DNA from: Turneriellaceae bacterium
GTDB taxonomy: Bacteria > Spirochaetota > Leptospiria > Turneriellales > JAOUFE01
Length of the DNA stretch: 64,000 nt
Direction: 5' to 3'
Assembly (NCBI GenBank): GCA_050304475.1
Contig: JBNLDQ010000031.1
Span: 129,580-193,579, forward strand
A model generated the notes under the pieces. That model ran no database searches. It worked only from the letters and a program-made list of their open reading frames with translations, and was not told the origin of the DNA. Shown here one piece after another: positions 17,761 through 26,651 of this stretch. How positions within the stretch are numbered: position 1 is the stretch's first letter; the number at the start of each line of letters is the position of its first letter. A program made the position numbers and the translations under genes.

Positions 17761-19161
17761 ATGAAGAAAATCAAAAAGACATTAAACTTAAAATCTCCCA
17801 CATTAAAATGCACCGTTTCGGGGTTGCGCGGCGTCGTTCCCGAAGATCTCTCGCCTGAAAATATCCCCGGCATCATTGCCGCCATTGACCGAACTCTGGG
17901 CAAAGGCCCTCTTGCCGTTGCGCGCGACAACCGCCCCACCGGAGAAGCAATCGAACAAATCGTCATCGGTACGCTCCGCGCATTGGGGCGGGAAGTCCAC
18001 AGCCTGAGCATTGTACCCACCCCCACCATTAAGGCCTATATTAAAAGAAAAAAATTGGCCGGCGGCGTGATGATTTCAGCCAGCCATAACCCCGAAAATT
18101 ACAACGCTTTTAAGATGATTAAAAAACAGGGCGAGTTTTTCGAGCAAAACGACGTTGACCGTTTTCTGGATAATCTCAAAAGCCCGGAGCCCGCCTGGGT
18201 TTCTCATTTAAAATACGGAAAGCTTCTGGAAAAGCACAACGAGGCCATTGACCTGCATATCGATTCGATCATTAGCGCAATCTGGGGACCAAAGCCATCG
18301 TCTGTCGAAAAAGCGATGAAAGCAATTCATGGGCAAAAAAAGCTGAAGATTGCCGTCGATACGTTAGGCGCATGCGCGACGCCGGTCATTGGCAAACTAT
18401 TGGAACGTTTGAATGTCAAAGCCGATTTCCTTTTCCCTGAAATTATGGAACGTTTCCCCCGCCCTCCGGAGCCGACGCCAAAGGCCCTGGCATTGCTGTC
18501 GCGTTATATGAAACAAAACAAGTGCGATCTCGGATTCGCTTTTGACCCGGACGCCGACCGCCTTGCGATTGTCGGGCCTGACGGGCCGATCGGAGAAGAG
18601 CTGACATTGCCGCTTGCCATGAAACAAGCCTTAAAAACCCGCCAGGGGAAGGTTGTCGTCAACCTTTCCAGTTCATATGCAAATCACATTATCGCAGAAA
18701 GCATGGGTTCCGCCTTATACCGTTCAAAAGTTGGCGAAGCGTTTGTCACCGGCAAAATGAAAAAACTCAAAGCCGTTTTTGGCGGCGAAGGCAACGGAGG
18801 CGTTATTGACCCGGTAATCGACTCATACGGGCGGGACGCCCTGGCCGGCGTCGCCTGGGTGCTGGCGCTCATTGCTTCGGAATCGCAAAGCCTGCCCGAG
18901 CTTCTTGAAAGTCTGCCGCGTCTTTATATGAAAAAAATTGCGATCCAGGGCGATCCGAAAGCGGTGCGGTGGATCTCGGCCAAACTTGACAGGGAATTGT
19001 CCGGCTGGGGTAAAATTACCGAAGACGGAATTTACTACCACCATTTGGACGGCATCCCCTGGATTCATATCCGCGCATCCAACACCGAGCCCATTGTCCG
19101 GGTCATTGCCGAAGCGAACTCGCCAAAAGAACTTAATGCGCTGTTAAAATTAATTTCATAA
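17761..19161 (+). CDS. alpha-D-phosphohexomutase (phosphoglucosamine / phosphomannomutase family)
   Basis: All four family loops are present: ISASHNP (catalytic Ser), FAFDPDADR (Mg), GGEGNGG (sugar) and IRASNTEPIVR (phosphate). Confidence 0.9.
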   Translation: MKKIKKTLNLKSPTLKCTVSGLRGVVPEDLSPENIPGIIAAIDRTLGKGPLAVARDNRPTGEAIEQIVIGTLRALGREVHSLSIVPTPTIKAYIKRKKLAGGVMISASHNPENYNAFKMIKKQGEFFEQNDVDRFLDNLKSPEPAWVSHLKYGKLLEKHNEAIDLHIDSIISAIWGPKPSSVEKAMKAIHGQKKLKIAVDTLGACATPVIGKLLERLNVKADFLFPEIMERFPRPPEPTPKALALLSRYMKQNKCDLGFAFDPDADRLAIVGPDGPIGEELTLPLAMKQALKTRQGKVVVNLSSSYANHIIAESMGSALYRSKVGEAFVTGKMKKLKAVFGGEGNGGVIDPVIDSYGRDALAGVAWVLALIASESQSLPELLESLPRLYMKKIAIQGDPKAVRWISAKLDRELSGWGKITEDGIYYHHLDGIPWIHIRASNTEPIVRVIAEANSPKELNALLKLIS

Positions 19162-19252
19162 TAATTTTTTTTGGGCATTTCCGAGTAACAAACGTATATT
19201 ACTAATTACTAATATAATTGAAGCCGGGCAAGCGCCTGGCTGGGAGCGAAAC

Positions 19253-19627
19253 ATGGTAGAACATTTAACGACAAAAGAGTTTCAAGAGAAAATTTTCGAC
19301 TATACGGCCGGCAGCGACTGGAGTTACCGTGGCGATAACCCGGCGATTATTGATTTTTACGCCGACTGGTGCGGCCCATGCAAAATGTTTGCCCCCATCA
19401 TGGACGAACTTGCACAAAACTACCGGGGTAAAGTCGATTTTTACAAAGTCAATACAGAGCAGGAAATGGAACTGTCAGCCGCCTTCGGCATCCAGAGCAT
19501 CCCCTCGATTCTTTTTATCCCCAACGGGAAAGACGACAAACCGCAAATCAATGTGGGCGCCCTGCCCAAAGAAAACATGATTCAAGCGATTTCCGAAGTG
19601 CTTGGCGTCGAGCCGGTCTCTGTGTAG
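19253..19627 (+). CDS. trxA: Thioredoxin
   Basis: WCGPCK active site with the downstream SIPSILF block; 124 aa. Confidence 0.9.
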   Translation: MVEHLTTKEFQEKIFDYTAGSDWSYRGDNPAIIDFYADWCGPCKMFAPIMDELAQNYRGKVDFYKVNTEQEMELSAAFGIQSIPSILFIPNGKDDKPQINVGALPKENMIQAISEVLGVEPVSV

Positions 19628-19704
19628 ACCGGCCCGTTCCGCTTTACCGCCCGGCGTTAGCCTTGCCCGGCGATCCGATATACGAATTAGAAAAAATCCG
19701 ACTC

Positions 19705-22335
19705 TTACTTGACCCGAATGTCAAGAAGTTGCGCCCCCCATTGGTCTGCCGGTTGCATTGATTTACCCTTGCTCGGCACATCAATCGTAAGAGTTGCGCC
19801 GTCATTGATTTCGCCTGCCAGCAGTTTTTCACTCAAGGGGTTTAACAAGATCTTTTCAATCGTACGTTTCAAAGGCCTTGCCCCGTAGACCTGGTCGTAA
19901 CCGCTCTCTACCAGGTACTCTCTGGCGGCCCCTGTAATTTCAAGTTTGATATTGCGCTTTTCGAGTCTTTTTTCAATGACCCCGATTTGAATGTTTATGA
20001 TGTCATACAACGCGCTTTTTTCTAACGAGTGAAAGGCCACAACGGAATCAAGCCGGTTTAAAAACTCGGGACGAAAGCGTGCCCGCAACTCTTCTTTTAA
20101 AGCCACCTCTTTTTCTTCTTCGCTTAACGAAGCATTGGCGATATACTGCGAGCCGATATTGCTCGACATGACAATAATTGTGTTTTTAAAATCGACATGG
20201 CGTCCCTTTGAATCGGTCAAACGCCCGTCATCCAGAATTTGTAAAAACAGGTTATACACATCGGGGTGCGCTTTTTCAATCTCGTCAAACAACAATACCG
20301 AATAGGGCCTGCGCCGGACCGCCTCGGTCAATTGCCCCCCTTCGTCATACCCGACATAGCCGGGGGGAGAGCCAATTAAACGAGCCACCGAATGCTTCTC
20401 CATATACTCGGTCATGTCAAAACGGACAAGCGCCTTTTCGTCATTAAAAAGAAAATCCGCAATGGTTTTTGCAGTCTCAGTTTTACCGACGCCGGTTGGT
20501 CCGATGAAAAGAAAGGAACCGACCGGCCGGTTCTCATCGGATAGCCCGGCCCGGTTTCGCCGAATGGCCTCGGCCACCACGCGAACCGCCTCTTCCTGCC
20601 CCACCACGCGGCGGTGGAGAGCTTTTTCCATGTGCAACAGTTTTTTTCGTTCGCCTTCGAGCATCTTTTGCAGGGGAATTCCTGTCCAGGCTGACACGAC
20701 GGCGGCAATGTCTTCAACGGTTACCTCTTCTTTTAAAAGGCGGGTCCCTTCTTGTTTTTGCTTTAACGCCTCTCCCGCACTCGCCAGCTTTTTCTGCAAT
20801 TCGGGGATTGAACCGTATCGAACTTCAGCGACTTTATCCAACGCGCCTTGCCGTTCATATTCGGCTTCGCTCACGCGCAATGATTCGATTTCTTCTTTAA
20901 TAGATGTAATGGATTGAATGACGCTCTTTTCTTCGTCCAACCTGATCTTAAACTCATGAAATTTTTCTTTCAGTTCGGCCAGTTCCGCCCGGGCCTCTTC
21001 GAGCCTCGCCATCGAAGATTTATCGTTTTCACGAATCAACGCCGCTTCTTCAATTTGAAGCGAAATGATTTTGTTTTGAATTTCATCCATCTCCAGGGGT
21101 AAAGAGCCAAGTTCGATCCGCAACCGCGACGACGCTTCATCAATTAAATCGACGGCCTTGTCGGGCAAAAATCGATCGGAGATATAGCGGTCTGAAAGTT
21201 GAACCGCCGCAATAATCGCCTGGTCTGTAATGCGAATCCCGTGGTGCACTTCATACTTATCGCGAAGTCCCCGTAAAATATTTATGGCTTCTTCTTCGCC
21301 GGGTTCTTTGATAAAGACCGACTGGAACCTTCGTTCTAACGCCGCATCTTTTTCAATGTGCTTTTGAAACTCGTTTAAAGTGGTCGCGCCAATCATATGC
21401 AATACGCCCCTGGCTAGAGCAGGTTTTAACAGGTTTGCAGCATCCATGGCGCCTTCCGCCGAACCGGCGCCTACGACAGTGTGAATCTCATCGATAAACA
21501 ATATGTAACGGTCGCCGGCGGCTTCCACTTCGCTTAAGACAGCCTTTAGTCTTTCTTCAAATTCGCCGCGGTACTTGGCCCCCGCAATCAAGGCGCCCAT
21601 GTCTAACGTAATAATCTCTTTTTTTTGCATGACATCGGGGACATCGCCGGCAATGATTTTACCGGCCAGGCCTTCCACAATGGCGGTTTTCCCCACCCCC
21701 GGTTCGCCAATCAACATCGGGTTGTTTTTAGTTCTACGCGAAATAATTTGAATGGTACGCCGTATCTCTTCGTCCCGGCCAATCACCGGATCAAGCTTAC
21801 CTTCGGCGGCAAGCTTGGTAATATTATTGCCATACTTGTTCAAGGCGTCAAACTTCCCTTCCGGGTTATCGCCGGTTACCCGTTGGGTCCCCCGCAGCTC
21901 TTTGGCAATGCGTTCCACTTCGGAGCGGACTACGCCCAGGTTGGCGAGCTCTTTTTTCAGGCGAAAATTTCCGTTTAAATAAGCCAATAGGAGGTGTTCC
22001 AGAGAAATGTACTCGTCGTTTAGCCCTTGGGCCTCTTTGCCTGCCAGTTCTAAAAGCTTTTGCACATCGCGCGATGCATATAAGTTTGACGAATTCCCTT
22101 CGACCCGGGGCAGGCTTTTCAAGTAACGGTCGACTGTTTCTTTTGCAACAAACGCATCAACCCCTTGCGAGGTTAAAATCTTATTTACAATTTGCCAGGG
22201 CAAACCCTCTTTATCGTTTAAAGTCGCAGCCAGCACATGTTCAGGCAAGAGTTCAGCCACCGAGTCCGAGACTGCCCGGCTTTGCGCTGCCGATAGCGCC
22301 AGTTGCACCTTTTGTGTCATTTTATCTTGGTTCAT
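19705..22335 (-). CDS. clpB: ATP-dependent disaggregase ClpB
   Basis: 876 aa. Both AAA+ modules are present ([28 protein letters not shown]). A long coiled-coil middle domain is present, and there is no ClpP-binding IGF loop context. Confidence 0.97.
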   Translation of the reverse strand: MNQDKMTQKVQLALSAAQSRAVSDSVAELLPEHVLAATLNDKEGLPWQIVNKILTSQGVDAFVAKETVDRYLKSLPRVEGNSSNLYASRDVQKLLELAGKEAQGLNDEYISLEHLLLAYLNGNFRLKKELANLGVVRSEVERIAKELRGTQRVTGDNPEGKFDALNKYGNNITKLAAEGKLDPVIGRDEEIRRTIQIISRRTKNNPMLIGEPGVGKTAIVEGLAGKIIAGDVPDVMQKKEIITLDMGALIAGAKYRGEFEERLKAVLSEVEAAGDRYILFIDEIHTVVGAGSAEGAMDAANLLKPALARGVLHMIGATTLNEFQKHIEKDAALERRFQSVFIKEPGEEEAINILRGLRDKYEVHHGIRITDQAIIAAVQLSDRYISDRFLPDKAVDLIDEASSRLRIELGSLPLEMDEIQNKIISLQIEEAALIRENDKSSMARLEEARAELAELKEKFHEFKIRLDEEKSVIQSITSIKEEIESLRVSEAEYERQGALDKVAEVRYGSIPELQKKLASAGEALKQKQEGTRLLKEEVTVEDIAAVVSAWTGIPLQKMLEGERKKLLHMEKALHRRVVGQEEAVRVVAEAIRRNRAGLSDENRPVGSFLFIGPTGVGKTETAKTIADFLFNDEKALVRFDMTEYMEKHSVARLIGSPPGYVGYDEGGQLTEAVRRRPYSVLLFDEIEKAHPDVYNLFLQILDDGRLTDSKGRHVDFKNTIIVMSSNIGSQYIANASLSEEEKEVALKEELRARFRPEFLNRLDSVVAFHSLEKSALYDIINIQIGVIEKRLEKRNIKLEITGAAREYLVESGYDQVYGARPLKRTIEKILLNPLSEKLLAGEINDGATLTIDVPSKGKSMQPADQWGAQLLDIRVK

Positions 22336-22408
22336 ATGTTACTTTCCCATGTATTTGTTTTTGTTTGCTTTTACATCCCACGATGTTGTCACTCTAGCAT
22401 GGAGAGTG

Positions 22409-22435
22409 TTAGCACTCCTTGTATTACAGTGCTAT
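22409..22435 (-). promoter_or_regulatory. CIRCE-like inverted repeat (candidate HrcA operator) upstream of clpB
   Basis: The plus strand reads TTAGCACTC-cttgtatta-cAGTGCTAt. The gene strand reads aTAGCACTg-N9-GAGTGCTAA. This matches 16 of 18 positions of the CIRCE consensus TTAGCACTC-N9-GAGTGCTAA. It lies 73 nt upstream of the clpB ATG and abuts the putative -10. Confidence 0.55.
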
Positions 22436-22462
22436 ATTACTAAATATCCCCTGAATCGGCAA
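22434..22462 (-). promoter_or_regulatory. Putative sigma70-type promoter of clpB
   Basis: On the gene strand: TTGCCG (22462-22457), a 17-nt spacer, then TAATAT (22439-22434). The last base of the -10 is the first base of the CIRCE-like repeat. Confidence 0.4.
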
Positions 22463-22540
22463 AAAACTTGACAAAAAAGTTCAAACTGTCATTCAGCCTG
22501 CCTACCCAATATAAAGGAAAAACCCAAACCGAACAAGAGT

Positions 22541-23149
22541 ATGATAAAAAAACCTAAAATTATCGTCATATCCGGTCCATCCGGCTCAGGCAAAAACACC
22601 ATCATTGGCAAACTCATTGAAAAGCGATCCGATTTGGAACATTGCATATCAACCACGACGCGCAACCCAAGGGGCGGCGAAATTGACGGAGAGCATTACT
22701 ATTTTGTGAACCATGACGAGTTTCAACGCATGATTGCCGCCGGGGGATTTCTGGAATACGCCCCCGTTTTGAAAAATTTCTACGGCACCAGCCATGCTGA
22801 AATTCAAAGAATCAAGCAATCGGGCAAAGGCGCCATTTTAGACATCGACGTGCAAGGCGCCTTACAACTTCTGGAACGGCGGACACCCCCCCCAAAAAAC
22901 CCGGGCAACCATGAAGACAACGGCCTCGATTTTCTTTTTCTTTTTATCGAGCCCCCCTCGCTTGATACTCTTAAAGAACGTTTGCTTCTCAGGGGTACCG
23001 AAACCGCCGAACAAATCGAGGAAAGAATCGAACTTGCCCAAAAGGAAATCCTGGAAAAAACGAAATATGACCATGTGATCTTAAATGATTCTCTGGAAAA
23101 AGCCATCGCCGAGACAGAAACTCTCGTCCAAGAGTTCATGAGCAATTAA
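22541..23149 (+). CDS. gmk: Guanylate kinase
   Basis: ISGPSGSGKNT P-loop, STTTRNPRGGEIDGEHYYFV and ILDIDVQGA. There is a short P/N-rich insert (TPPPKNPGNHEDNG) before the LID region. Confidence 0.95.
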   Translation: MIKKPKIIVISGPSGSGKNTIIGKLIEKRSDLEHCISTTTRNPRGGEIDGEHYYFVNHDEFQRMIAAGGFLEYAPVLKNFYGTSHAEIQRIKQSGKGAILDIDVQGALQLLERRTPPPKNPGNHEDNGLDFLFLFIEPPSLDTLKERLLLRGTETAEQIEERIELAQKEILEKTKYDHVILNDSLEKAIAETETLVQEFMSN

Positions 23150-23155
23150 CGAACC

Positions 23156-24109
23156 ATGGGTAAAACGACAACGGCGAACATGGCAAACCCCGTTCTTGTT
23201 CTCACCGGCCCGACCGGAGTCGGTAAAACTTCGATTATTGAGCGTCTGGCAAAAGAGTCGCCCGTAGAAGTCATTAACTGCGACAGCCGGCAAGTCTACC
23301 GCCAGATGAAAATTGGCACCGACCTGCCTGACTCATCGATCTTAAACCGGTTCCCTCACCACTTGTACGCCATCATCGACCCTTCCGAACAATTTTCTGC
23401 GGGGATGTTTTTAACGGTAGTCAAAGAGCTGATCCCCGAGATCCACGCCCGGGGGCGTATCCCGCTCATTTGCGGGGGGACTTTTTTTTACGTTCGCACC
23501 CTCTGGGACGGCATGATCGAAGAGCCGGCCATTTCGCCCGATGTAGCGGCCCGGGTAGAACCATTGAGCGCCGCTTCGGCCCGCCAGGAACTGGAAAAAG
23601 CCGACCCCAGGGCGGCTGAGCGAATTGAGGCAAACGATGTATACCGCAACAAACGCGCCCTTATGGTGTATCTGGCTTCGGGGCGCTCTATCACCGCATA
23701 CCCGCGGCTGGGCGGCGTCTATGATAAGTACGATTTTCACAGTTTTTATCTCGACAACGACAGAGAAAAAATCTATGAAAAAATAAACAAACGGGTGGAG
23801 CTCATGTTTCAAAACGGATTACTCAACGAGATTGAAGCCTTGCAAAAGAAAGGGTACGACAGTTCTTCGCCCGGCTTGCGCACCATTGGATACCGTGAAA
23901 TCCTTGAAATGGAAACGGAACAAGGACCAAGCCGCGCCTGGTCACCGGAAACGCTCCGAAAAGCCGCTGAGGGGATTGCACAATCGTCCCGCAGGTACGC
24001 AAAACGCCAATTGACATGGTTTCGTCACGAAAAAAGATTAAAAAGAATTGACCATCGCTTGGGACTTTCTCAAATATCCGAACTAATTAACACCTTAAAA
24101 AATAGATAA
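23156..24109 (+). CDS. miaA: tRNA dimethylallyltransferase
   Basis: [12 protein letters not shown]-loop, [17 protein letters not shown] and [11 protein letters not shown]. Confidence 0.95.
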   Translation: MGKTTTANMANPVLVLTGPTGVGKTSIIERLAKESPVEVINCDSRQVYRQMKIGTDLPDSSILNRFPHHLYAIIDPSEQFSAGMFLTVVKELIPEIHARGRIPLICGGTFFYVRTLWDGMIEEPAISPDVAARVEPLSAASARQELEKADPRAAERIEANDVYRNKRALMVYLASGRSITAYPRLGGVYDKYDFHSFYLDNDREKIYEKINKRVELMFQNGLLNEIEALQKKGYDSSSPGLRTIGYREILEMETEQGPSRAWSPETLRKAAEGIAQSSRRYAKRQLTWFRHEKRLKRIDHRLGLSQISELINTLKNR

Positions 24110-24122
24110 TGGGGGACCATTC

Positions 24123-24365
24123 ATGGTTAAAAACAACATTCAAGACTTTTTATTGAACCAAGCGCGAAAAGAAAAGCTCATGATTACCGTATACCTGATC
24201 AACGGGGTGCCGTTAAAAGGCAAGGTATTGAGCTTTGACAACTATACCATCATCATTGAAAATGACGGCAAACAGAGCATGATCTATAAGCATGCGATTA
24301 CAACCATCATTCCGGAAAAAACCATTCGCTTGAACCCGGCCGACCAACCGGAAGAACAGGAGTAG
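24123..24365 (+). CDS. hfq: RNA chaperone Hfq
   Basis: [36 protein letters not shown]...[12 protein letters not shown] gives the Sm1 and Sm2 (YKHAI) motifs. It sits in the classical miaA-hfq order. Confidence 0.95.
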   Translation: MVKNNIQDFLLNQARKEKLMITVYLINGVPLKGKVLSFDNYTIIIENDGKQSMIYKHAITTIIPEKTIRLNPADQPEEQE

Positions 24366-24374
24366 CATTTTGCT

Positions 24375-25325
24375 ATGGTGGCCAATTTTTTCCGATATCT
24401 GATATTCGGGATCACCCTGGCGGCCATCTCGACCACGCTATACCTGAACGTTATCGTGATCCCGGAAGGGCATGCCGGCGTACTCACCGAAAAAACACAA
24501 GGCCCTCAATTCCCGGCGATGAAACCGGGGTACCATTGGCTTTGGAGCGGGTTTGTTCCCGGCAAATGGACGTTACGTACCGTCGATATGAAACCGCCGT
24601 CTTTGGAAGTGCGGTATAGCGAACCCTTGAAGTATGCCCAGCTGTTGCCCGATCGAGATTACTTTACGATCCATACCGGCATCCGCGTAAATTACGAGCT
24701 TACCGACCGTTCTCTGGAATTTTTCTGGCAATACCTGGACGCCAACCCGGAGACCATACACCGCTACCTGCAAGAGAGGGTTCGGATCATGTTGCAGATG
24801 GCTTTATTAAAGTACTATCAATCCGCTCAGGATTTGTCGAGTCTGGCCGAAAAGTTACGCCTTACCTTTTTTGAAGGCGGGGAATTTGAAAAGCAGTGGA
24901 GCGATATTTTTAACAAGGCCGGCATCGTATTGCAAAACGTAGAGGTTCTTGAAATCAAAGCCCCGGACCGCGAAATTTATCTGTCGCAAATCAGCGACCA
25001 AAACCGAATTCTCGCCGCCAGACGGGAAGCCTTGATCCTGAATATCCGGGCTGAAGCCGAAACCGACCGAAAGCGCCTTATGGACCAGGCCGAACTTGAA
25101 AAAGCGGAAAAAATGGCCGCTTTAATGGAACAATACCCGGATTTGCTCGAATATTACCGCATTGAAAAACTCTATCCCCATGCCGCCGTCACCATTGTCG
25201 ATCAACCTGCCCCTGTTTTTTTTGAAAACGCGCCCTCTTCCAGCGCCCAGGCCAGACCCCAAGCTAAAACTCAACCCAAAAAACAGTCTGAAAAAGGTAC
25301 GATACCGCCAATCACTCGCCCATAG
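24375..25325 (+). CDS. SPFH/band-7 domain membrane protein (HflC/HflK-like)
   Basis: N-terminal TM, then VIPEGHAGVLTEK...KPGYHW (the start of the SPFH core). A charged coiled coil (RAEAETDRKRLMDQAELEKAEKMAAL) and a P/Q-rich tail follow. It sits where hflKC follow hfq in proteobacteria. Confidence 0.6.
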   Translation: MVANFFRYLIFGITLAAISTTLYLNVIVIPEGHAGVLTEKTQGPQFPAMKPGYHWLWSGFVPGKWTLRTVDMKPPSLEVRYSEPLKYAQLLPDRDYFTIHTGIRVNYELTDRSLEFFWQYLDANPETIHRYLQERVRIMLQMALLKYYQSAQDLSSLAEKLRLTFFEGGEFEKQWSDIFNKAGIVLQNVEVLEIKAPDREIYLSQISDQNRILAARREALILNIRAEAETDRKRLMDQAELEKAEKMAALMEQYPDLLEYYRIEKLYPHAAVTIVDQPAPVFFENAPSSSAQARPQAKTQPKKQSEKGTIPPITRP

Positions 25326-25469
25326 CTTTTACAAATTGACTGGCTTTTCTTCGCTTCAAGAGTCACCCTTGACGAGAATTGCCCCCGATCGAAACAGAAA
25401 CCGGGGCCGGAATTTACGGGAACCGGGATAAATGAATTTACAAACAATCGGAGAACTTCAGACTGCATC

Positions 25470-26600
25470 ATGATTCACCTCTTGCCCAAAGGTATCGTTT
25501 CGCGTTTTTTTCTTTTGAGTAAAACCTGGCCCAAAAAGCTTTCCATTGTTTCTTTTTTATTACCGTATATCGCCTTGTTTGTATTTCCAACAGCCTTCGC
25601 CGCTTGCACTAAAGAGCCCCCGCCACCGGTTGAGTTAAATTGTACGCAAGTTCCCCTCGGCCCCGGCCCCGAAGACATGGAACTTGATTTATCCGGCCGC
25701 CCCAGGCTGATATTTTCTTCTCATGACCGGCGCGATTTTGACAAAGAGGGCGATTTGTATTCGCTTGATTTAAAAACCGGCGGAAAATCGGTCATCACGA
25801 GAAGAGACGAACCTGAAAATTTTGCCTTTCGGCCGCATGGCATTAGTTTGGTGAAGAGCGTTTCGGGCGAGTCCGTTTTATACGTTGTCATCCACGAGAC
25901 GCGGATCACAGGCAAAGGACATGGCATTGCCGTTTATAAGTTAACCGGGAATTTAGCGATATTCCGGGACTATCTTCAAGATCCTTTGCTCGACTCGCCA
26001 AACGATTTAGTCGCTTTGCCCGACGGCACGATGTATGTAGCCAATGACGCACACGGTAAAACCGGCCTTTTGAACTTGATTATCCCGGCAAAAAATTCTA
26101 CCGTATTATATTACAACGGGAACGAGTGGAGCATTGCCGTGAAGGGGCTTCGTTTTTCCGCGGGCATGGTCCGTTCGGGGCAAAACCTGCTTGTCTCTGA
26201 CGCGAAAGCGCAAAGAATCCTTTCATACCGTATTGAAAACGACGCCTCGCTTACCCCGGTGAGTGAAATCATGTCGACATATGAAAACCCGGATAACCTG
26301 CTCATCACCCCGGAACAAGAGCTGTTAGTGGCGGAACACTATGACACCTTTTCTTTTGTTCACCACGCCCGCAACACGCTCCACCCCGCCCCTTCGACCG
26401 TAGAAAAATTCCAACTGGATAAAAACGGCCTGCCGGTCGCTGAAAACTCTCAAATTCTCTATTCAAACCCCGGGGGGGAGTTTAGCGCCGCTTCAAGCGC
26501 AATGATTTACCGCAATCGCCTGTACCTGGGCCAAGCTTTTGACTGGGGGATTCTGGTATGCGACCTTGATACCCCTGAGACCCCCGGCGGACAACGGTAA
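25470..26600 (+). CDS. Paraoxonase/arylesterase (PON)-family six-bladed beta-propeller lipoprotein
   Basis: Lipobox-like FAAC after a hydrophobic leader. It is colinear with recalled human PON1 blocks: PPVELNC..GPEDMEL (QPVELPNC..GSEDLEI), FRPHGIS (FNPHGIS), LYVVIHE (LLVVNH), PNDLVALPDGTMYVANDAHG ([20 protein letters not shown]) and C-terminal MIYRNRLYLGQAFDWGILVCDL ([20 protein letters not shown]). Confidence 0.75.
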   Translation: MIHLLPKGIVSRFFLLSKTWPKKLSIVSFLLPYIALFVFPTAFAACTKEPPPPVELNCTQVPLGPGPEDMELDLSGRPRLIFSSHDRRDFDKEGDLYSLDLKTGGKSVITRRDEPENFAFRPHGISLVKSVSGESVLYVVIHETRITGKGHGIAVYKLTGNLAIFRDYLQDPLLDSPNDLVALPDGTMYVANDAHGKTGLLNLIIPAKNSTVLYYNGNEWSIAVKGLRFSAGMVRSGQNLLVSDAKAQRILSYRIENDASLTPVSEIMSTYENPDNLLITPEQELLVAEHYDTFSFVHHARNTLHPAPSTVEKFQLDKNGLPVAENSQILYSNPGGEFSAASSAMIYRNRLYLGQAFDWGILVCDLDTPETPGGQR

Positions 26601-26651
26601 AAAAAAAGTTGATCATACATGCAGCTTTTGTAACTTTAAAGTGAAAAATTT

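Noticed and set aside
19628-19704. Bidirectional terminator expected between the convergent trxA and clpB
   Set aside because: The spacer contains a direct repeat (GCCCGGCG twice), not an inverted repeat, and has no stem plus T-run.
20414-20917. 167-aa plus-strand ORF and neighbours inside clpB
   Set aside because: They are antisense shadows of an unambiguous ClpB reading frame.
21111-21119. tRNA T-loop-like string GTTCGATCC
   Set aside because: It lies inside the clpB coding frame with no flanking acceptor or anticodon stems. I saw no tRNA cloverleaf anywhere in the intergenic regions.
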